Assembly (NCBI RefSeq): GCF_018977255.1
Contig: NW_024705325.1
Location: 1-54,341 of the forward strand
Source of the DNA: Callorhinchus milii
Taxonomy: Eukaryota
DNA: 54,341 nucleotides
Reading direction: 5' to 3'
The number at the start of each line of letters is the position of its first letter. Position 1 is the first letter of the stretch. The translations under genes were made by a program, and so were the position numbers. This document shows positions 34,001 to 49,000 of the stretch, in pieces. The notes beneath the pieces are model-generated. The model was not told where the DNA came from. It was given only the letters and a program-made list of their open reading frames with translations, and did no database searches.

Positions 34001-37000
34001 TAAGAGATGGGCCTGGAGCTCGGGAATTGACTCCTGCTGCAGACAACATATTTGGAATGAGAGCGGGTATACAAGGTCGGCTACCCAGAGCATCCCCAAT
34101 GCCCGGGAATGTAGGTAAGAAGTACTTGAGAGGTAATGACTCAAGGGAATATGTTGGATGTGAGCAGAGTTACGCTCAAGCGGCGTACTAAAGAATCGGT
34201 TTCTTCTAAGAGTCATAAGAGCGTTACCCTGCGGCGTGCGTTGAAAGGGAAGATAGAATTGATCGGGTTTAGACTTGCCAATAGCTTATGAATATAACTC
34301 CTCCTGACAGCGGCGTATGTATGGATCCCTTGTACTTGCGTACTCACGTACTCGAGCTCGCGCAGGCCAAAAAAGAATGGCCTAAAGACAATTTCCTCCG
34401 ATAGAGGTTACAGACGCATGGCAACTCGCGAGATTCGACTTGTAAGCTATTCTAGTGTCAGGAAAGTTAAGAGGCCATCGCCGAGCTTCCGTTGAGAAAA
34501 CATATCACAAGTTAATTTAACGGTGTCGAACTTTGATGGGTTATCCATCAGGGGTGATAGGTACTGCCAGTCGTTTTGATATAGCCGTTTCCTAACGACT
34601 CCATCACTATAAATCCTTGGTTGTAATGATTGTGATTTCCTACACTTCCTCGAATTTTACAGAGGAATTTTGGCAGGAGTAGCGGACGAGTATTTGCATC
34701 GACTTAAAAAGTAGCGACGTTTGGTCATATCTCTCAAGACCCTGGCGGCCCGCTTCAAGTTAATGGTAAGCCGAGCATAACCAATATCTCCATATAAGAA
34801 CGTTTACAATACACCAACGTCCGCCCTTAGGTCACCGACGGACAAGTTTACGGCTCTTTCGCAATCGTCAGGCCCGCCTTTAAGCCAAATCAAGGTGACA
34901 AGTACCCCCAGGGATTCCGCAGGCCTTATACAGATGGACGTACTCTTAAGGCGCTTCTATCCTATAAAAAGAGTAATTGGGTGCTGTCGATCTTTCGTGT
35001 CTCTTGAAAGCCAACATGCAGCGTGTACCCGGGATGACCTTAACCGTTATTATTTCGGAAAGCAGCGGTCGAGGACTAACAAAACGGGTAGACCGCGCGG
35101 CAAGGAAGTACATGCCTAAAGGACGCATGCGCTGATGCTCGAGCATTTACCGGCGATGTCACCGGAACTGGAAACTCTGATTTTACGGTCATTAATCTAT
35201 GTGAGATGGTTTGACTTAATATGCGCAAAATTAGGAGGCCTTCAGAACTTCACGGCTATTAAAACGCGACATATGAGATTGTCGACATCGCAGGAAATTT
35301 AAAGTCCCAATCCGGTCGACTTACTTGTAACAGGTAGGGACACAATTGCCCTGGATTTGCCCAGATGATTACTAGAGTCCGTGACGGGAAGGTAGCTAAA
35401 CTTACCGCTGCATAGTGGCACTAGCTGTTGTTGATTTGGGAGATCTGTCGCTCCGTGGAGTTATAGAACACCGATGCACCTTTCTGATTCATTTGCAGGC
35501 CTAGACCAAACCCATAATAGCTGGCTTTCTCGATAAAGGATCTATGTCTTGTATGCGAGAGCTGCATATTGCTATCAGAGAGAACTGATGCCAGCGAAAA
35601 GATGAAGTTCTCTAAGGTATATCCGTTGGTCTGAAATAGCTACCTTTCTGGTAACTGTCGAAGTGAACGTTTGAACCGGAAGTAGCTATGAAAAAAAATT
35701 TGCGTGCCTGTTCGGCACGTCGCGTGCTAAAAAGAGGCGCCGGGCCGCAGCTACTAATCACGTTGGCGGCCTACACATTACCTGCGCGGCGACTATAGTC
35801 ATTGCGTGCCTAGACCGCGATAAGGAGGGTAGACGCGGCATTAGTACCATAGTGATCGGTCACCGGTACCCTTAGTTGGCGGCACACAGTAATGACCCTA
35901 ACTTTAAATAGTATGAAATTCAGACCATACAAAATTGGAGTGGACCCCGCGCTGCGGAATGAGGCTGCGCACGGGAGGGCCATGGAGGTACCATCCCCCC
36001 CATTTTTAGTAGGCGAAGGCCAACACGGGTCCCAGCGGCACAGTAGGCAAATTGTGAAGCAACGTGGCGGAGTTTTGCAAGTATCGAGTGGCCTATCCAC
36101 TCCATGTCGCGAGGATGGCAGCAACGTCGGCAGTATCTCATGCATAACCCGACACTTGATAGTCCAGAGAATTAAAAGAAGTGGACAAACATGTCTGTAG
36201 CATTCACATTGATGCAGATGTTTGGGTCTTTCATCGAGGAAGTCCCGCATACACTAAGAGTACAGTTGAGTAACTACATCCTCAACCACATACGACAACA
36301 CACGAGGAACTTTCCACAATATTGTGAGCGCACATGAAGACCGCCTAATCTTGCGCATTGAAGCTACAACCTACGACACTCATAGTTCATATCGTCGCCA
36401 GTATTATCAGTGTCAAGGTGGCTCCACTGGTACACGATTACACCTAAAGGCTAGGGCCTGTCTTGTTGGGAAATACCCCCACACCGTGTAATGCTACGAC
36501 AAGGGCCTTTCACTTCAGGTATTTACAAATCAGCCGCATTGTAGGAGATGCCCGCGGCTTCCGTTTACAGTCGTATGCTCGGGTAACGAGCAATTCTGTA
36601 GGATGTGTGTGGCGCCGCCATCCTCCATTAATAACCCCCCGATTAACGGGTCTTTGGAGGATAAAATGATTGTTCGTTAAGGCAACTTTGGAATAACACT
36701 CGTATTCTAGGCGTTTACTATTAAGCTAGACCACACAAGGTAAGAGTGTCGTGATGCATACCAGTAACCACAACGGCTACTTAATGTTCTACTCTGCAAC
36801 TTACCCGGGCACAGGACTAGTGGAGAGACGCCACAGTGAGATACAAGATAACACAATTACCCAGCAATGTCTTACCTATAGCCGCAACTGCGCATAACCA
36901 CCTATGCCAATGCTGCCCTGTCTGAATCCCATAAGGTGCGTGTAGCAGCTATCTAGCGGGAACCGCCCGCTCACATTAGAAATCTCACGGCGAGCTCCGG

Positions 37001-40000
37001 TAAGCACTCAAGGCACTACATAGACCAAATCCGATCCTCCAGTCACGTGAGCCCGGCTCCACAGAGAGCGCACAACGCGCGAAGAGGGGTCCACGTCTCA
37101 CAAATGGGACCAAATAGGGTAGCGCTGTCCATGGGAGGAGCCAGACGCGCAGGCTGCCATTACCTAGTGTCCGACCTGCCCAACGACTACCAGTCTTAAG
37201 GAACCTTAATTATTGTAAAGGCGAGTCGTCTATCATCTGAGGCGGGACTTCTCCTGGGACGCGAGGCCAGTACCCCTTATTTTTTGTTCAGCTGACGCAC
37301 AGAGCGGGATGTGGCTTTAATAGGGTCGACACAGTACCATTACTCCACAATTTATTGATGATTGATGACGGAAGCATTCCATTTTGGTCAACTAAGACGT
37401 ACACCATACGTGCAAGAGAATTATTACGCGTGTAGGGAGTGACACCGCTCGTCTGACGGCTGTCTTCTGCCCGGTGCGCTCGATACATCTCGCCTTACTA
37501 GTTTCCCTTCATTGCCATGGATAGAGTAGGTTGTTTTAACTGGCTAGTAACAAGAAATCGGCGTGGATGCCTTTTAAGAAAATGGCACAATGGCAATAGG
37601 GACCTGCCATATGGCTTCCCGAAAGGCCAACAATTATAAACCTTTACGCCCCCCGCTTTCTTTGCGCATACGTGTAACAATGTCTAAGTAGATCTATTTC
37701 AAAGATCCCGCGCTGCCCACAAGCATTGTCGCAGCCATTCAGATGATGTCGACTTACTAGAGGAGCCGGGCAGGTATAAGCCGTTTTACAATCATACGAC
37801 CTACCAACCTGGCTGCGTTGGGAAAGCTAGTAACGCGCGGAGCACAACTGATCTTATATACGCGTATGTAGGACTTTCTCTTGTCAATACTTGTTAGATA
37901 ACCTTTTTCGTGCTGTATATGTCTCATTATTCATCAATATACGTACGAACTAGTTAGGCCCAATTTAACTCGCGACGCCAATCGCGCACGAATTATTCTG
38001 ATACACCCTGACCTAAAAACACGGAGGGGGGCAATGGTAATGGAGGAACCAGCACAGGCCGTGCCGTTGAGTAGAAGTACTTTGCGACTGGATGGTTTGA
38101 GAACAGGCCGCCAGCGGCGATTTGATCGTAAGGGGTAGACAAAGGTGAGCGAGCGCAGAGTGCTGTTGCGATGTCACACTCATCGTGTCACTGTTCGAGA
38201 ACGGACTACATTCATTAGCTACCCGCTAGCCGGATAGCACGCACCCGTAGGTCTTTACGAGCTACTAAGGACGAGAGTATGGTCTTCTAGACAGACAATA
38301 CACCGTCCTCTGTTGAGGACGAAGACTACGATCAACCCCCCCTCTCAACGCCGCTGCGATAATGATGTAAGTCCGCTGCAACCGACTCCATAGAAATAAA
38401 CTTCAGAAGGAGCAATCGTGGACGCCCAAAACAATCCGCTACGATTAGTCCATGGAATTCAACGCTCATACTGGAAACGTCTTCGATCATTAAGGTACCT
38501 CGGTCTACTATGGAAGTGATATTCTCGCAATTAGTGTATGGGGCCAATCAAAGGACTCTGATACCCGCAAAATTCCCATCCCGAATTACCTCGGGCAATT
38601 AGCACGACATAGAGTGACACTTTGGCCGCAGTTAAGCGAGGTGTTGTCGTGGTATGTGCCTAGCGGGGTGGGTGCGGGTAAGTAGATTGTCCAGCTCGAC
38701 GGGTGGTACGAAGCGTCGCGTGAGATGTGATTATTTGGCATGCCTCTAAAACCTGACCTCCATACACGATCCTTATTCTCCGGATTTTACGATGCGCTTG
38801 CACCTGAGCAGCGAATAAGTTCAATGCCATAAAAACGGACAACGGTAATTCGATACCAAACAAAACAGTGCGTAGTAGCGTGCTGATCCGACCCCCATAT
38901 CGCAGGACTGAGGGTGGTCAGATGATCGTGGTGCCTTGACGGTCACCCCAACACTACCCTGACGTCTACCACGAGTTTAGCTGCGAGCGTTTTTCGGAGG
39001 TCTACCATTTCGGACTCCATTAGGAAATTTCGCAGTAGTATTTTGCCACGTTTTGCTACCATACCGCAGGAAACTCCTTATGTATCTGTTCATCCAGCTG
39101 TCTCTGGAAAGAGGTATTGCCTAAACACGGGGCCTAGCTAACTTTCCTTGTTCAGAGGTGCGGTGCTAACTCAAAGGACAACCTATCACGCTTTCACATG
39201 CAGATAGCGCGGCATTGTCTTAGCTCCAATCATATGACGGCTATAGGACGTAGTTTTAATAAGTTTTAAGTCCCATACTATTTTAATAGGGATAAGACCG
39301 GCATAACGTCATAACTACGCCAGCCAAGGCGCGAGGGAATTCGCGCACTCGTAACAGCGAAAACGACAAAATAGGTCCCTCCTAAGTTTCTATAATACTC
39401 GACAGCCCCGTCTGAGTGTATCACCAGAGGGTGGATTGGGAGAGGAGATTTGTTACGTATCACAGATGACGTCCTGAAACTTGTTATTGCCATATCACAT
39501 TGGGGTTTACGCTGCCGCGTAAATAAGGATAGGATGCGATCTGCTAAACTAGGGTCACAAAGCATGCCGCTCGCCCACCCCTGCCCCCGCTGGGTTTTCT
39601 ATGATCCGTGTTATCTTCTTAGAGCAAGTAGCCGGTTGCTCAAGTCTGCGGTAAGACCCGTCAAATCGACCGGAGAGACGGGTTTGATACACCTGACATA
39701 TCGACCAAGAGATCTCAATATTGGTCAATGCCTCTTTGAGTATGGGTAGTATACAGCGCGACTAGGTTATTAAGAATTTACACGTGCGACCTCCAGTATC
39801 TACATTGGGGGCTAATTAATAATCGAAAGGGCTTGGGTGGAACCGCAGCATGATCTATCTGTTCTAGGGGTAGCGCAACAGACGAACGTCGACTAGATAT
39901 TGTGCATACACCGCCGACACCTACTTGGACATATGTGCCTGTCCTGGTGTCTCTAGTGGTTTAAATTAGAGAGCGTTGGTTTCAGGAATGAACGTAGAGT

Positions 40001-43000
40001 AACCCCGAACAGTCGGACAAGGATGTATCACGGCATCCGCTAACTACTCTCGCCGCGTAGACAGATAGATTGGATGCAGGGGCTCCACACCGAAAAGCGC
40101 GTACAGTGGTAGAGTAAGTTCCGTCCAGTTATTCGGTTTGGTGAGGTCGTCTTAGATAGTAAAGGCTCTGGAGCAAGCGAACAAGCATTGTCAACCCTTG
40201 GACTAATGTAGACGTTTATAAACTATGGCTCTCATGCCTGCGGTTTTTCGGCAATTGTGGTCCACTAGCCTAGGGAAGTAATTCGGCGGAGCCGTAAGTA
40301 AGACGGTACCTCCAAATCTACCCGGCGCTTACCCACTGTAACTGAAGTAATAATTTGCGCGCCTCGGACGGTCGGGCTTGACTCCCAGTTGATGAGACGA
40401 AAACTTAGGATGGGGCCATTTTGTATCATATAACGATACCCTTGGCTGAACAACAGGATCGGGGTAATGGTTACATATGGGTATACAAATGAGCGTACCG
40501 CTGTCAATGATTTTTTATTTCGGTTGGTGCGGCTGGGGTATATATTGACCGGTCAGATAACGATGCGGGGCGGCATACGGGATCATGTTAAAAATGTCTA
40601 TAATAGGTAGATATGGAATAAGGACCAAACTGTAGTCGCAATCCATAGTTATTATGCGTGGCAAAGCACGCTCGCGGTATGAGGCTTGACTTAAAGTTCC
40701 GAAGTCGATGTAGATGTGAGATGTTCGTTGCGTCGAGAGTCTGGATCCACTATGGGTCTAGTGATAGTAAAGGTGTCGTTATCCCTTTCGAGTAAGCAGA
40801 TGGCGTCAGCGTGGGTATAGAGCGGGTTGGCTGATGATGCTGTACATCAACCGGGAATAATTGCTGCTGTATGGAATATAGTAGTCGTAGTGGTAATGGT
40901 TACATTCTCGCTGGAGTAATCGCAAGCAATGCGCCGCCTTGACCCCGCGACCAGTCAAGAGGACCTAATGGAAACCATATCCGGCGACTCACGTACGACA
41001 GCGCGCCCACTTTCACGTGTCGCACCCTACCCCTCTCAGCCCCAGGGTCGAGCGCCTGGCAGTTCCGACAGCGGCGTACTAATAATGGACTGTTATTGAA
41101 CGGGCGTGTAGATTCTTGATGGGTTTTGTGTGCGGACTCTTATGCGTGATGATCCGGCTCCTATCTATAAGGCGCAACTCGGATGGACCAGCAGGCCGGC
41201 CGCATGTGTTCGACAACCGGACTAGCATTTAAGAACGCCCTTATACCAGCGAACAGTAGGTGCTACTAATTATCAAGGAGACGAGGGCAGGACAGACTAA
41301 AACCCTAGGTTATTTGAACGCCGACCTCAACAGTCGCGGAATATCAACCATCGTCAAAGCTGGGCATATCCAAGCTCATGTCCGAAGCCAAGGTCACACC
41401 GGGAAGGGAGCCTTCCAAAGACGACTGGCTTGCGTACGGTGTGTGCAGTGCCTGGTGATTTAAGTTGTGCTACCTAGACTCGCACATATAGGGGATTGGT
41501 TCCATTTACTGCTCGGGGCACTAGTTCTGAGGCCCGCACGATTCGAATACATGGCACTTGTAAGAGAAGCTGCCTGTGCGTTCTTCTTGTTCGGGAATAG
41601 ATTATGGGAAGTAATCCGGGGCACCACGTCCCCATATTGCAAGCCCAGGTTAGTACTGGTGACCAACATATACCATTCGATACTCGGAGCCTCCATAGGC
41701 ATCCATCGAGCCATAGCAGAGGTTGGGGATTAATTGGGCTGTTATAGCCAGTGACGTGGTCATTCCACGGTTTGTGTTACAGGGTTCAGCGAGCAGCGTT
41801 TATATGAAGTACGGCATGACTTAATCTGGTTCAGTAGAGTGACCTGGAGAAAGGTTCTCCGCATATTACAGACCGACTGCGTTGCCCGCGAGGACTCCGA
41901 GTATTGGAACCACTCCCCTCAGTTGTATGTTCTCGCTTACTAAGGGTAAATATTACAAAGATCACAAGGTTAGACACACGAAATTAGTCCAGAACCACAG
42001 CTTAAGGCGATGAAATTCAAAGGGAGATGTGGGTGACTGGGGCAGGAGGGAGCTCCGGAATTTACTGTGACGGCGCCCTAGTATACCCCCAAGATGTGAA
42101 TAACAAGTCATCAAGATATAGCCCTGCATCCAATCGAGCCAGCCCCGCCAAAAGCCATTGGTGCTATAATCCGCGCTACAAGGAGTATTTAGTGAACCAA
42201 TCCAACGGGAGTCGTAGGGAGAATTGCATCTCCTCTTAAAGCGGGGCGGTCGGCTTCCATCTCCCCAAAGTAGTCCGGACGGCCAAAGGTCAAATGGTAC
42301 CGCGGGTACCGTAGCGCACTATGGAGCTTCTCTAGTACACAGGGCAAGTAGGCTGAGAATTGTGTGCCCGTCATTCCATTTCTGTAAGCGGCTAATGCGT
42401 ATATACCACGACCACCATGTAGGGCATCTTACTTGATTTGTGTCAGGTAGACGCGGAAAATACTCGTTCGATAGAGCACTCGTAGCTTGGTGAGAAAAGT
42501 TACCTACAGCCGTTGGCGTTAATCCTCACCGGAGGGTCCTTCGCGGAAGTTCGGGAATACTATGGGGGCGGGGAATGAAGAATACCTTCCGGCTATTAAG
42601 TTGCTAACAGGTAATGAAGAGACCGCGGCCCCCCTTATACGTATGAATTGCCTTCGCTGGGATAATGTGCGTCGACGGTCGATTGCATTGAGGAAGGGGC
42701 AGCCCTCAAAGTTCGGTATTTCTTGTGGAGTACTACACCTCGAGGGATCTCTCTCCCATTGGAGTCTCGCGGGATACCGCTAGGAGACCTATATTGTGTC
42801 TCGTACACAAGATTCGTCGCACTGAAGAGGTTACGAACTTCGGAGATTCCCCCCGTATTCAGTGTGTCTCACAACGACGCTCACCGTAAACAGATGGTTT
42901 ATGGGTTCTTCACTTACTATGTACCCAGACGGCAGACGCCGTGCACAAAGCGCTCCCACGGGATCATGAGAGATTTATTCTAGGATTCCTGAATGCGCCG

Positions 43001-46000
43001 AATATGTTCATGCGGGTCATGTGGGTGGTTGTAATTCCGGAGATTCAGTGCGTATGTACGGGGTACAAGAATTACATCGACGGGAGGGACAGCCAAGCAA
43101 CTAGACTGTAGGTAATGTAGGGAGGGCAAGGTTATCCTCGCGTCTAAGGACATAAACTTGAAAGTTAAAAGTGTCCCCCTCCGAACGGACCGGCATTGAC
43201 TTGAACCCAGGCACTGTCATCGTTGCGACTTGGCATAAGGAGCCAGTACCAGCTGAGGTCACGCCCTCATACATAGTAATGATTAAATCCTTACGATCGT
43301 TCTCAGTGTGATACGCTGTAGACGTCACGCGGTCACCTGTGATGGGAATTCACATATAGTGCCAAGACCGTGGCACCCCGCTCAGAGTAGCCTAGGTATA
43401 GCTCCGCCGGGCGGATGCTGAGCCGTAATTCCTCGTATATTACCAGAACCGGGTTCCTGCTACATAGCGGGGTCTAGAAGTCGTAAGGGGCGAATTCCCG
43501 GGAGTTACTTCCATGCTTAAGACGCACTAAAGCGGAGTCATACAGAAGGGCGCAGTGGTTGATGTTCCAAAGCGGTAGTTGAACTAAATAGGTGTTTAAT
43601 TGAAAGACGTGCAGGTAGCTCCTTGTGCTATAAGATTGTCGTTTCAATTTTGATATGGTCGTCATAATCCGTCCCAAGCTCGAAGACATACCGAGTTATC
43701 TACATGGAGCATTCGACCCACTAGGGTTCGAACACCGGGTTTACCACGCTACAGATGGTAAGTTATTGGCCATCTGTTTTTACCAGAGGTGGTTACGTGG
43801 TGCTATGCACACCGCACTTGCTCTAATCTACAAGGGAGTTGCATTTGTTTCTTTCCCACACATGTTTAAGAACTTTATTTTTGCCTCGTATATTAAACCC
43901 TTCCATTCGAACACTCGCTAACACTCGCAGATTAACGAACGATCAATAAATCTTAGTACTGCTTAGATCGCAGACACTTAGTCGCTCATCCTCAGCTCCA
44001 TCGATTTGGAGGATTTTACACTCCCGGGAGTATCCCTTGTTGACATTATTTACAACCACTCCGAGGACACCCTCATATCTCGGCGATGCTCCTCCCCCAA
44101 GCACGGACGATCCAGAAACATGTACATAGCTTGCACACAATCAACAGCTGAGTCGGATGCCTACACACCAGGATGCTCGTTACACCTCGAGGGTCTTTAG
44201 GACAAAGGTACTTAAGTGTGCGTGATTATTAATCCGACGGTTTCACCGATGGGCATCAGATGCAAGCTTGTCAGCAATTTGCCAATCTTAAAATGTCTAT
44301 CTTCGCCGGTGTTTGGCCCCGTCGTCCCTTCTATTCGCTGGAGGTCAACGCCTGGGAACCGACTCCCGCGGGGCTGGCTACAATGTTTCACATAGGATGA
44401 CTGTAGCGTTGGCAAGGGTGGGTCGAGAGTGCAATTATAACCGGAACGTCCCGTCTACCAATCATTCTGGGTCGGAGGAAGCGGTGTGTGTCCGTCTTCC
44501 CGATAGCGAAACCGTCGCGCCTTTTGTGCGACTAGGAGTAGATTTATGCCATAGAGCGCAAGCACCGCCAGGTGCGCGGGCCAGAGACGTAGTATTAGCC
44601 ACGCCTTCTATCCAAACTTTCTGGATTCTGTGCTCCTGATCCGCAGGTCAATGTCCCCCTAAATCCAAGCTGATATTATGTGCGAACCAATGCACTAGTG
44701 GCTGTTGCCCGACGCTGAACATTGATCCCCCAGAGGTCTGGGCGAGCTCCCCCAGGCGTTCCAACGGAAAACACACCCTGTTACGCACCCAGTCCTTCAC
44801 CGGGAGGTCACGATTTCAAAGCTCAGATAGACTTGAACATCATACATTCGCATTTACTGGCAGCTAATCGATTTGGATGTACCCGCAACTTGCGGAATGT
44901 AGCATAACTATTGTGATGCCATCACAATCTAAGAGTGGTGTATTAACGGTCAGCCATCGAGGGCACGGAAAGTGACTAGTGGTACAGTCGTTTTAGACTA
45001 CCTGCTAATTAATCTGTATGTGGGCTGTTCGGATTTCTTGCCCTATACAATCGCCGAGTTTACGTGGTTAAGCCGGGACGTCTTTTTGTCTTATACGATA
45101 ATCACTATAGTGGCTCACAAGCCGCATTGCAAGACAGCAATTAAACTATGCGGGAGTGAGGGCTATGGGGCATTGGTCACTGAATAAATGGTACGAGCTT
45201 CTACAAAGACGGTAAGCGAGCTACAATCCAAACGAGCCAAAACTGAGGACGGGCCATCCTTTTTACCTCAGTAGTTCAAAAGACGATTGAGAATTTAATT
45301 CCACACAGGGGTTTCCTCGATACTAAATAGGTGCGCCATCCCATTCTGGAATCGGGTGTGGGGTTGGGGCGGGGGCAGATAAAAACGTTTTGAATGATCA
45401 AAGCATCGGATCGTCACTAAGCACAGGTTGTCACAATACTCGACTACCGCGGCGGAGCATAGCGCAGGGGAAACAACAGATATGTGAATGGGAATGGTGC
45501 CTTGTGGCCTTATTGTAAATTTCTGGGCCTAGCTCACACATCCTTGCCAAGAGCTTTACGCCCACCGCTAACAAAGCGATCTCCATCCACCAGGTAAACT
45601 CGGAACCAATTAACTACCCACCGGTACTCAACAAATTACGCCCTAAAGGCGAATCGGTAGGTCCTCGGCACGCCCACCGGGCAGCTAAGTTCACCGACAG
45701 TGCCGCGTGGGTGATCTGGTATCGGGTGGGCGTCGACTGATTTTGCGAAAGTATATGGATCGAGAGATACCTAGCCATTGGCACGCTACCGTATACATCA
45801 AGGACATAATCACTATAGAAAATTACTGGACTATTGCACAATCGGAGCACCCTTTAAGTAAGTGAGTAGGCGTAGAACAACCAAATTCACTGAGCGATCT
45901 AGTTAATGCCTTTCGAGTTGTGCTCCTCAACTCTTATAGGCATTACGGATAAACGGCGGTCCAGCTGGGCTCTTTGAATGCTTCTCTGACGAGACAGGAA

Positions 46001-49000
46001 TCAGTGTCAATTATCGACTGTACAAGCACAGGAAGAAGTGTATTTGCGTGCTATTGCACTCGCCTTAGTGCGAGATGGGAAGTGGGGAAACGGCCAACAG
46101 TAGAAACGGTAAACGTGGTTGCGTGTCGTAGTAACCCAGTCGCTCATTGCGCCCTCAAAATGGTTTGCATTGAAGCACGTAAGCCAATCTGAAAGGGGAC
46201 GCCAACAGTGTCTTGTTCCATTTTGACGTCTTCTGCAATGTATGTTGCGTCATCGAGTGTTCGGATACAACCCCCCCGTCCCTCCGTGTTGGGTAGCCTG
46301 ACGTCCCCGGAATCTCTTGTGCCTACTAGTACTTTCCATGTAAGTGTGAAAGCCAGGGTATTGACCCATCTGCCAGGCTAGTTAAACTCGCCCTACCTTT
46401 AATCACAGTTGTGCGTCAACTCCGTCTCGAGGCGCCCGAGGTCATGACCACCAGGTCCTTATCAAAAGTTGGAAAGACGAAACTCAAAGGCATGAGTTGA
46501 TACATACATTTAGGTACCATTATGTATTTCCCCATACCGAAGTCCAACGCCAGACCCGCGCGGACTGAAGCACTCTTTGGGCCACACGTCGAATTTACCT
46601 AATAATACTTAGTTTACACGCTTGAGGTTGGTTACCACTACATGTCTAGGAGTACAGAACCCATGGACTTACGATAGGGGGTCCATACCGAACCTCCCCG
46701 CCATTACGTCTTGCCCCGTTGAGGTGCCAGTCTAACAGGTCATGTACCTTAGGACCGATTCTTCGAGGGCAAAACGAAACAGGATATCTGCGAACGGGGT
46801 ACAGGAGTAGTGACATTATTTACCATGGACCCATAACCGGCCTACGCACTCAGGGGCGCTAGTCTTTTCAGCTAGCAAATGTCCATTGTTTGACCCTATC
46901 TAATCATACTGCAACGTAACCATCACGAAGCCTGTAACGGTAACCACTGTAATCGGCGCGAAGGGTTTTTCGGGTGAGCCCCTCTAAATTCAGTCTTTTG
47001 CATCTGGATGGGACAAAACTTGAAGGTATCCCGGAAGACGGATGCGGATCCATTTCAAGGGCAGCCATGAAAAAGGTTTCGTACTGCTTCGGCGTTCAGT
47101 TAGTAGTCCACATCGCGTCTCACTGTTAATATGGGCGGCGCAATCCTAATAAACCCAATCGGGTAAAAGTATAAAGACTAAAGTCGTTCCCGCCCTCGTC
47201 CGTCCAATAGATTGTGCCGAGGCACCTTTGGGGTACGGCGCAGCTAATTAGAAGCACTTACCTCCGGGAGGGCATCCCTTGGTCTGACAAATCTCCAAGA
47301 CATGAGGCATCATTGAAGAGACAAATCAATTCAATTCCACCTAACTCTAACTGTCCTTCGTACAATAAGCCATCTTCAATTCTCGCTATACTGGAGGCAA
47401 AATCAGTCTATCAACATGACAGTACGTGCTTGGGTGTTTATCCGTCTAGCTAAATTGGTTGTAACCGGCGGCACCAAGTCCCCGTTCAGAAGTACATCAA
47501 GCCTACACTACTCCATAGTAACCCGCGACGTGCCATTTGGAGAGGGTGCTGCTCTCGAAGGCCCCGGCTAGTGAGATATCACTAGCATATGCCTCATCTG
47601 ATGGAGCGCAGGCGACGGAATAGTCAGCATTCAGTGCATATGGAGCATATTACAGATTAAGCATGTATAGGTCTTTCATCGCGACAGAAATAGGCGGAGA
47701 ACGCAGCTCCCCAGTTAGGCCATTCACAAAATATACGGGTTAGAGCTTAAGTCGTTCGTCAAAAAATCGCGTCCACAACCCAGCACGGACAGTTGGAATA
47801 CTTTGTGTCAAACAGACAGAGTTGCCCCACGATCTCTTAACAGCATCAAATTGTATTGAGGTGCAAGATAACGTTACAGTCCTAAACACATTTGGCTTAT
47901 GTGATATCTTGGCGACGGGTTTGTCGGTCTTCTGAGACCGAGCAGGCCATGGATGTAAGACTTCACGTTAGGCCGGATTGGACAAATTTTGGAGTGAGCC
48001 TTTAAAACACTGTTTCATGCGATAGGCGCAATACGCGTGAGCGGGCCTTCTTCGATATCTAAAGAGTAAGACAAGTTGCGTAGCGATTATGGGCAATCGT
48101 CTAGGTCTAAAGCGAGCCTCAGGTCGAAGCCGGGTAATGGATTCGAATTGGTAGCCAGTTGGCATGTAAAGCTAACAAGCGCCTCGGTATGGTAACACCG
48201 AGACCCTGCGCCCTCGTCGTCCGCTTTATGCTACCCCTCAGAGGTGCAGATGATGGGCTGGTTTTGAAATATCGCTTGTGCTATTCTAGTTTGCTCGTAA
48301 GAGACTTGACGATTGTCGAGCCGGCGTGATGGAATTAGGAGAGGGAAGCCCGAATAGTATAAAACCTACATTTACGTCTGTGCGGACGGAACGCCCTTAT
48401 ACACACAGATATGTCCTACTCGGATATGGAGGGTAGACGCATTCACTAGGATCAGCAGCAGTAACCTTACTGCTACACACGAGCTTGGACTTGCGGTTGC
48501 GTGGGCTGTCATATCCATTGAAGTCCACACATGCGCGGATAAAAGTCATTCTCGTGCTTAAGATTAAAAATGATAGAAAGATGGTATAAACACGCGCAGA
48601 GTTCTAAAATGTACCTGAGCAATAGGTCGATTCAGTATCGTCATAGTTTTATGAAGATCGTATCTAGACCATGATGCGTGACCTTAGATACGTAGATCTG
48701 TAATGGCAATTAATACCGTCTAGCGACTACCAATTCGTCGGTCACACCAAGGTTGTGTATCAATTGTCTGAGCAGCAGTGTCGGTAGTGAGGTGTCTCAT
48801 CATACGGTGGGAGTCGGAATAGTTAGGTTTAATACGGCGTGGTTGGTGGTGCCTCCCTTCGTATGTGATTCTCAAATGCTTCGGTATGAACGCCAAACGC
48901 AATCCCACCTAATGCATACTAATCCATCAAAACTGTAAACCGGTCCGCTGGTGGACCACAGTCGCAATCAGGTCGCCATTAAGGTGTCCCTTCTAAGATG

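Noticed and set aside
35810-36250. Longest ORF (146 aa) of the right half, and the other ORFs there
   Set aside because: No recognisable domain or codon bias; lengths fit random sequence.
42734-44193. 13-mer tacacctcgaggg repeated at 42734 and 44181
   Set aside because: Roughly five such 13-mer pairs are expected by chance in 26 kb, and the match does not extend.
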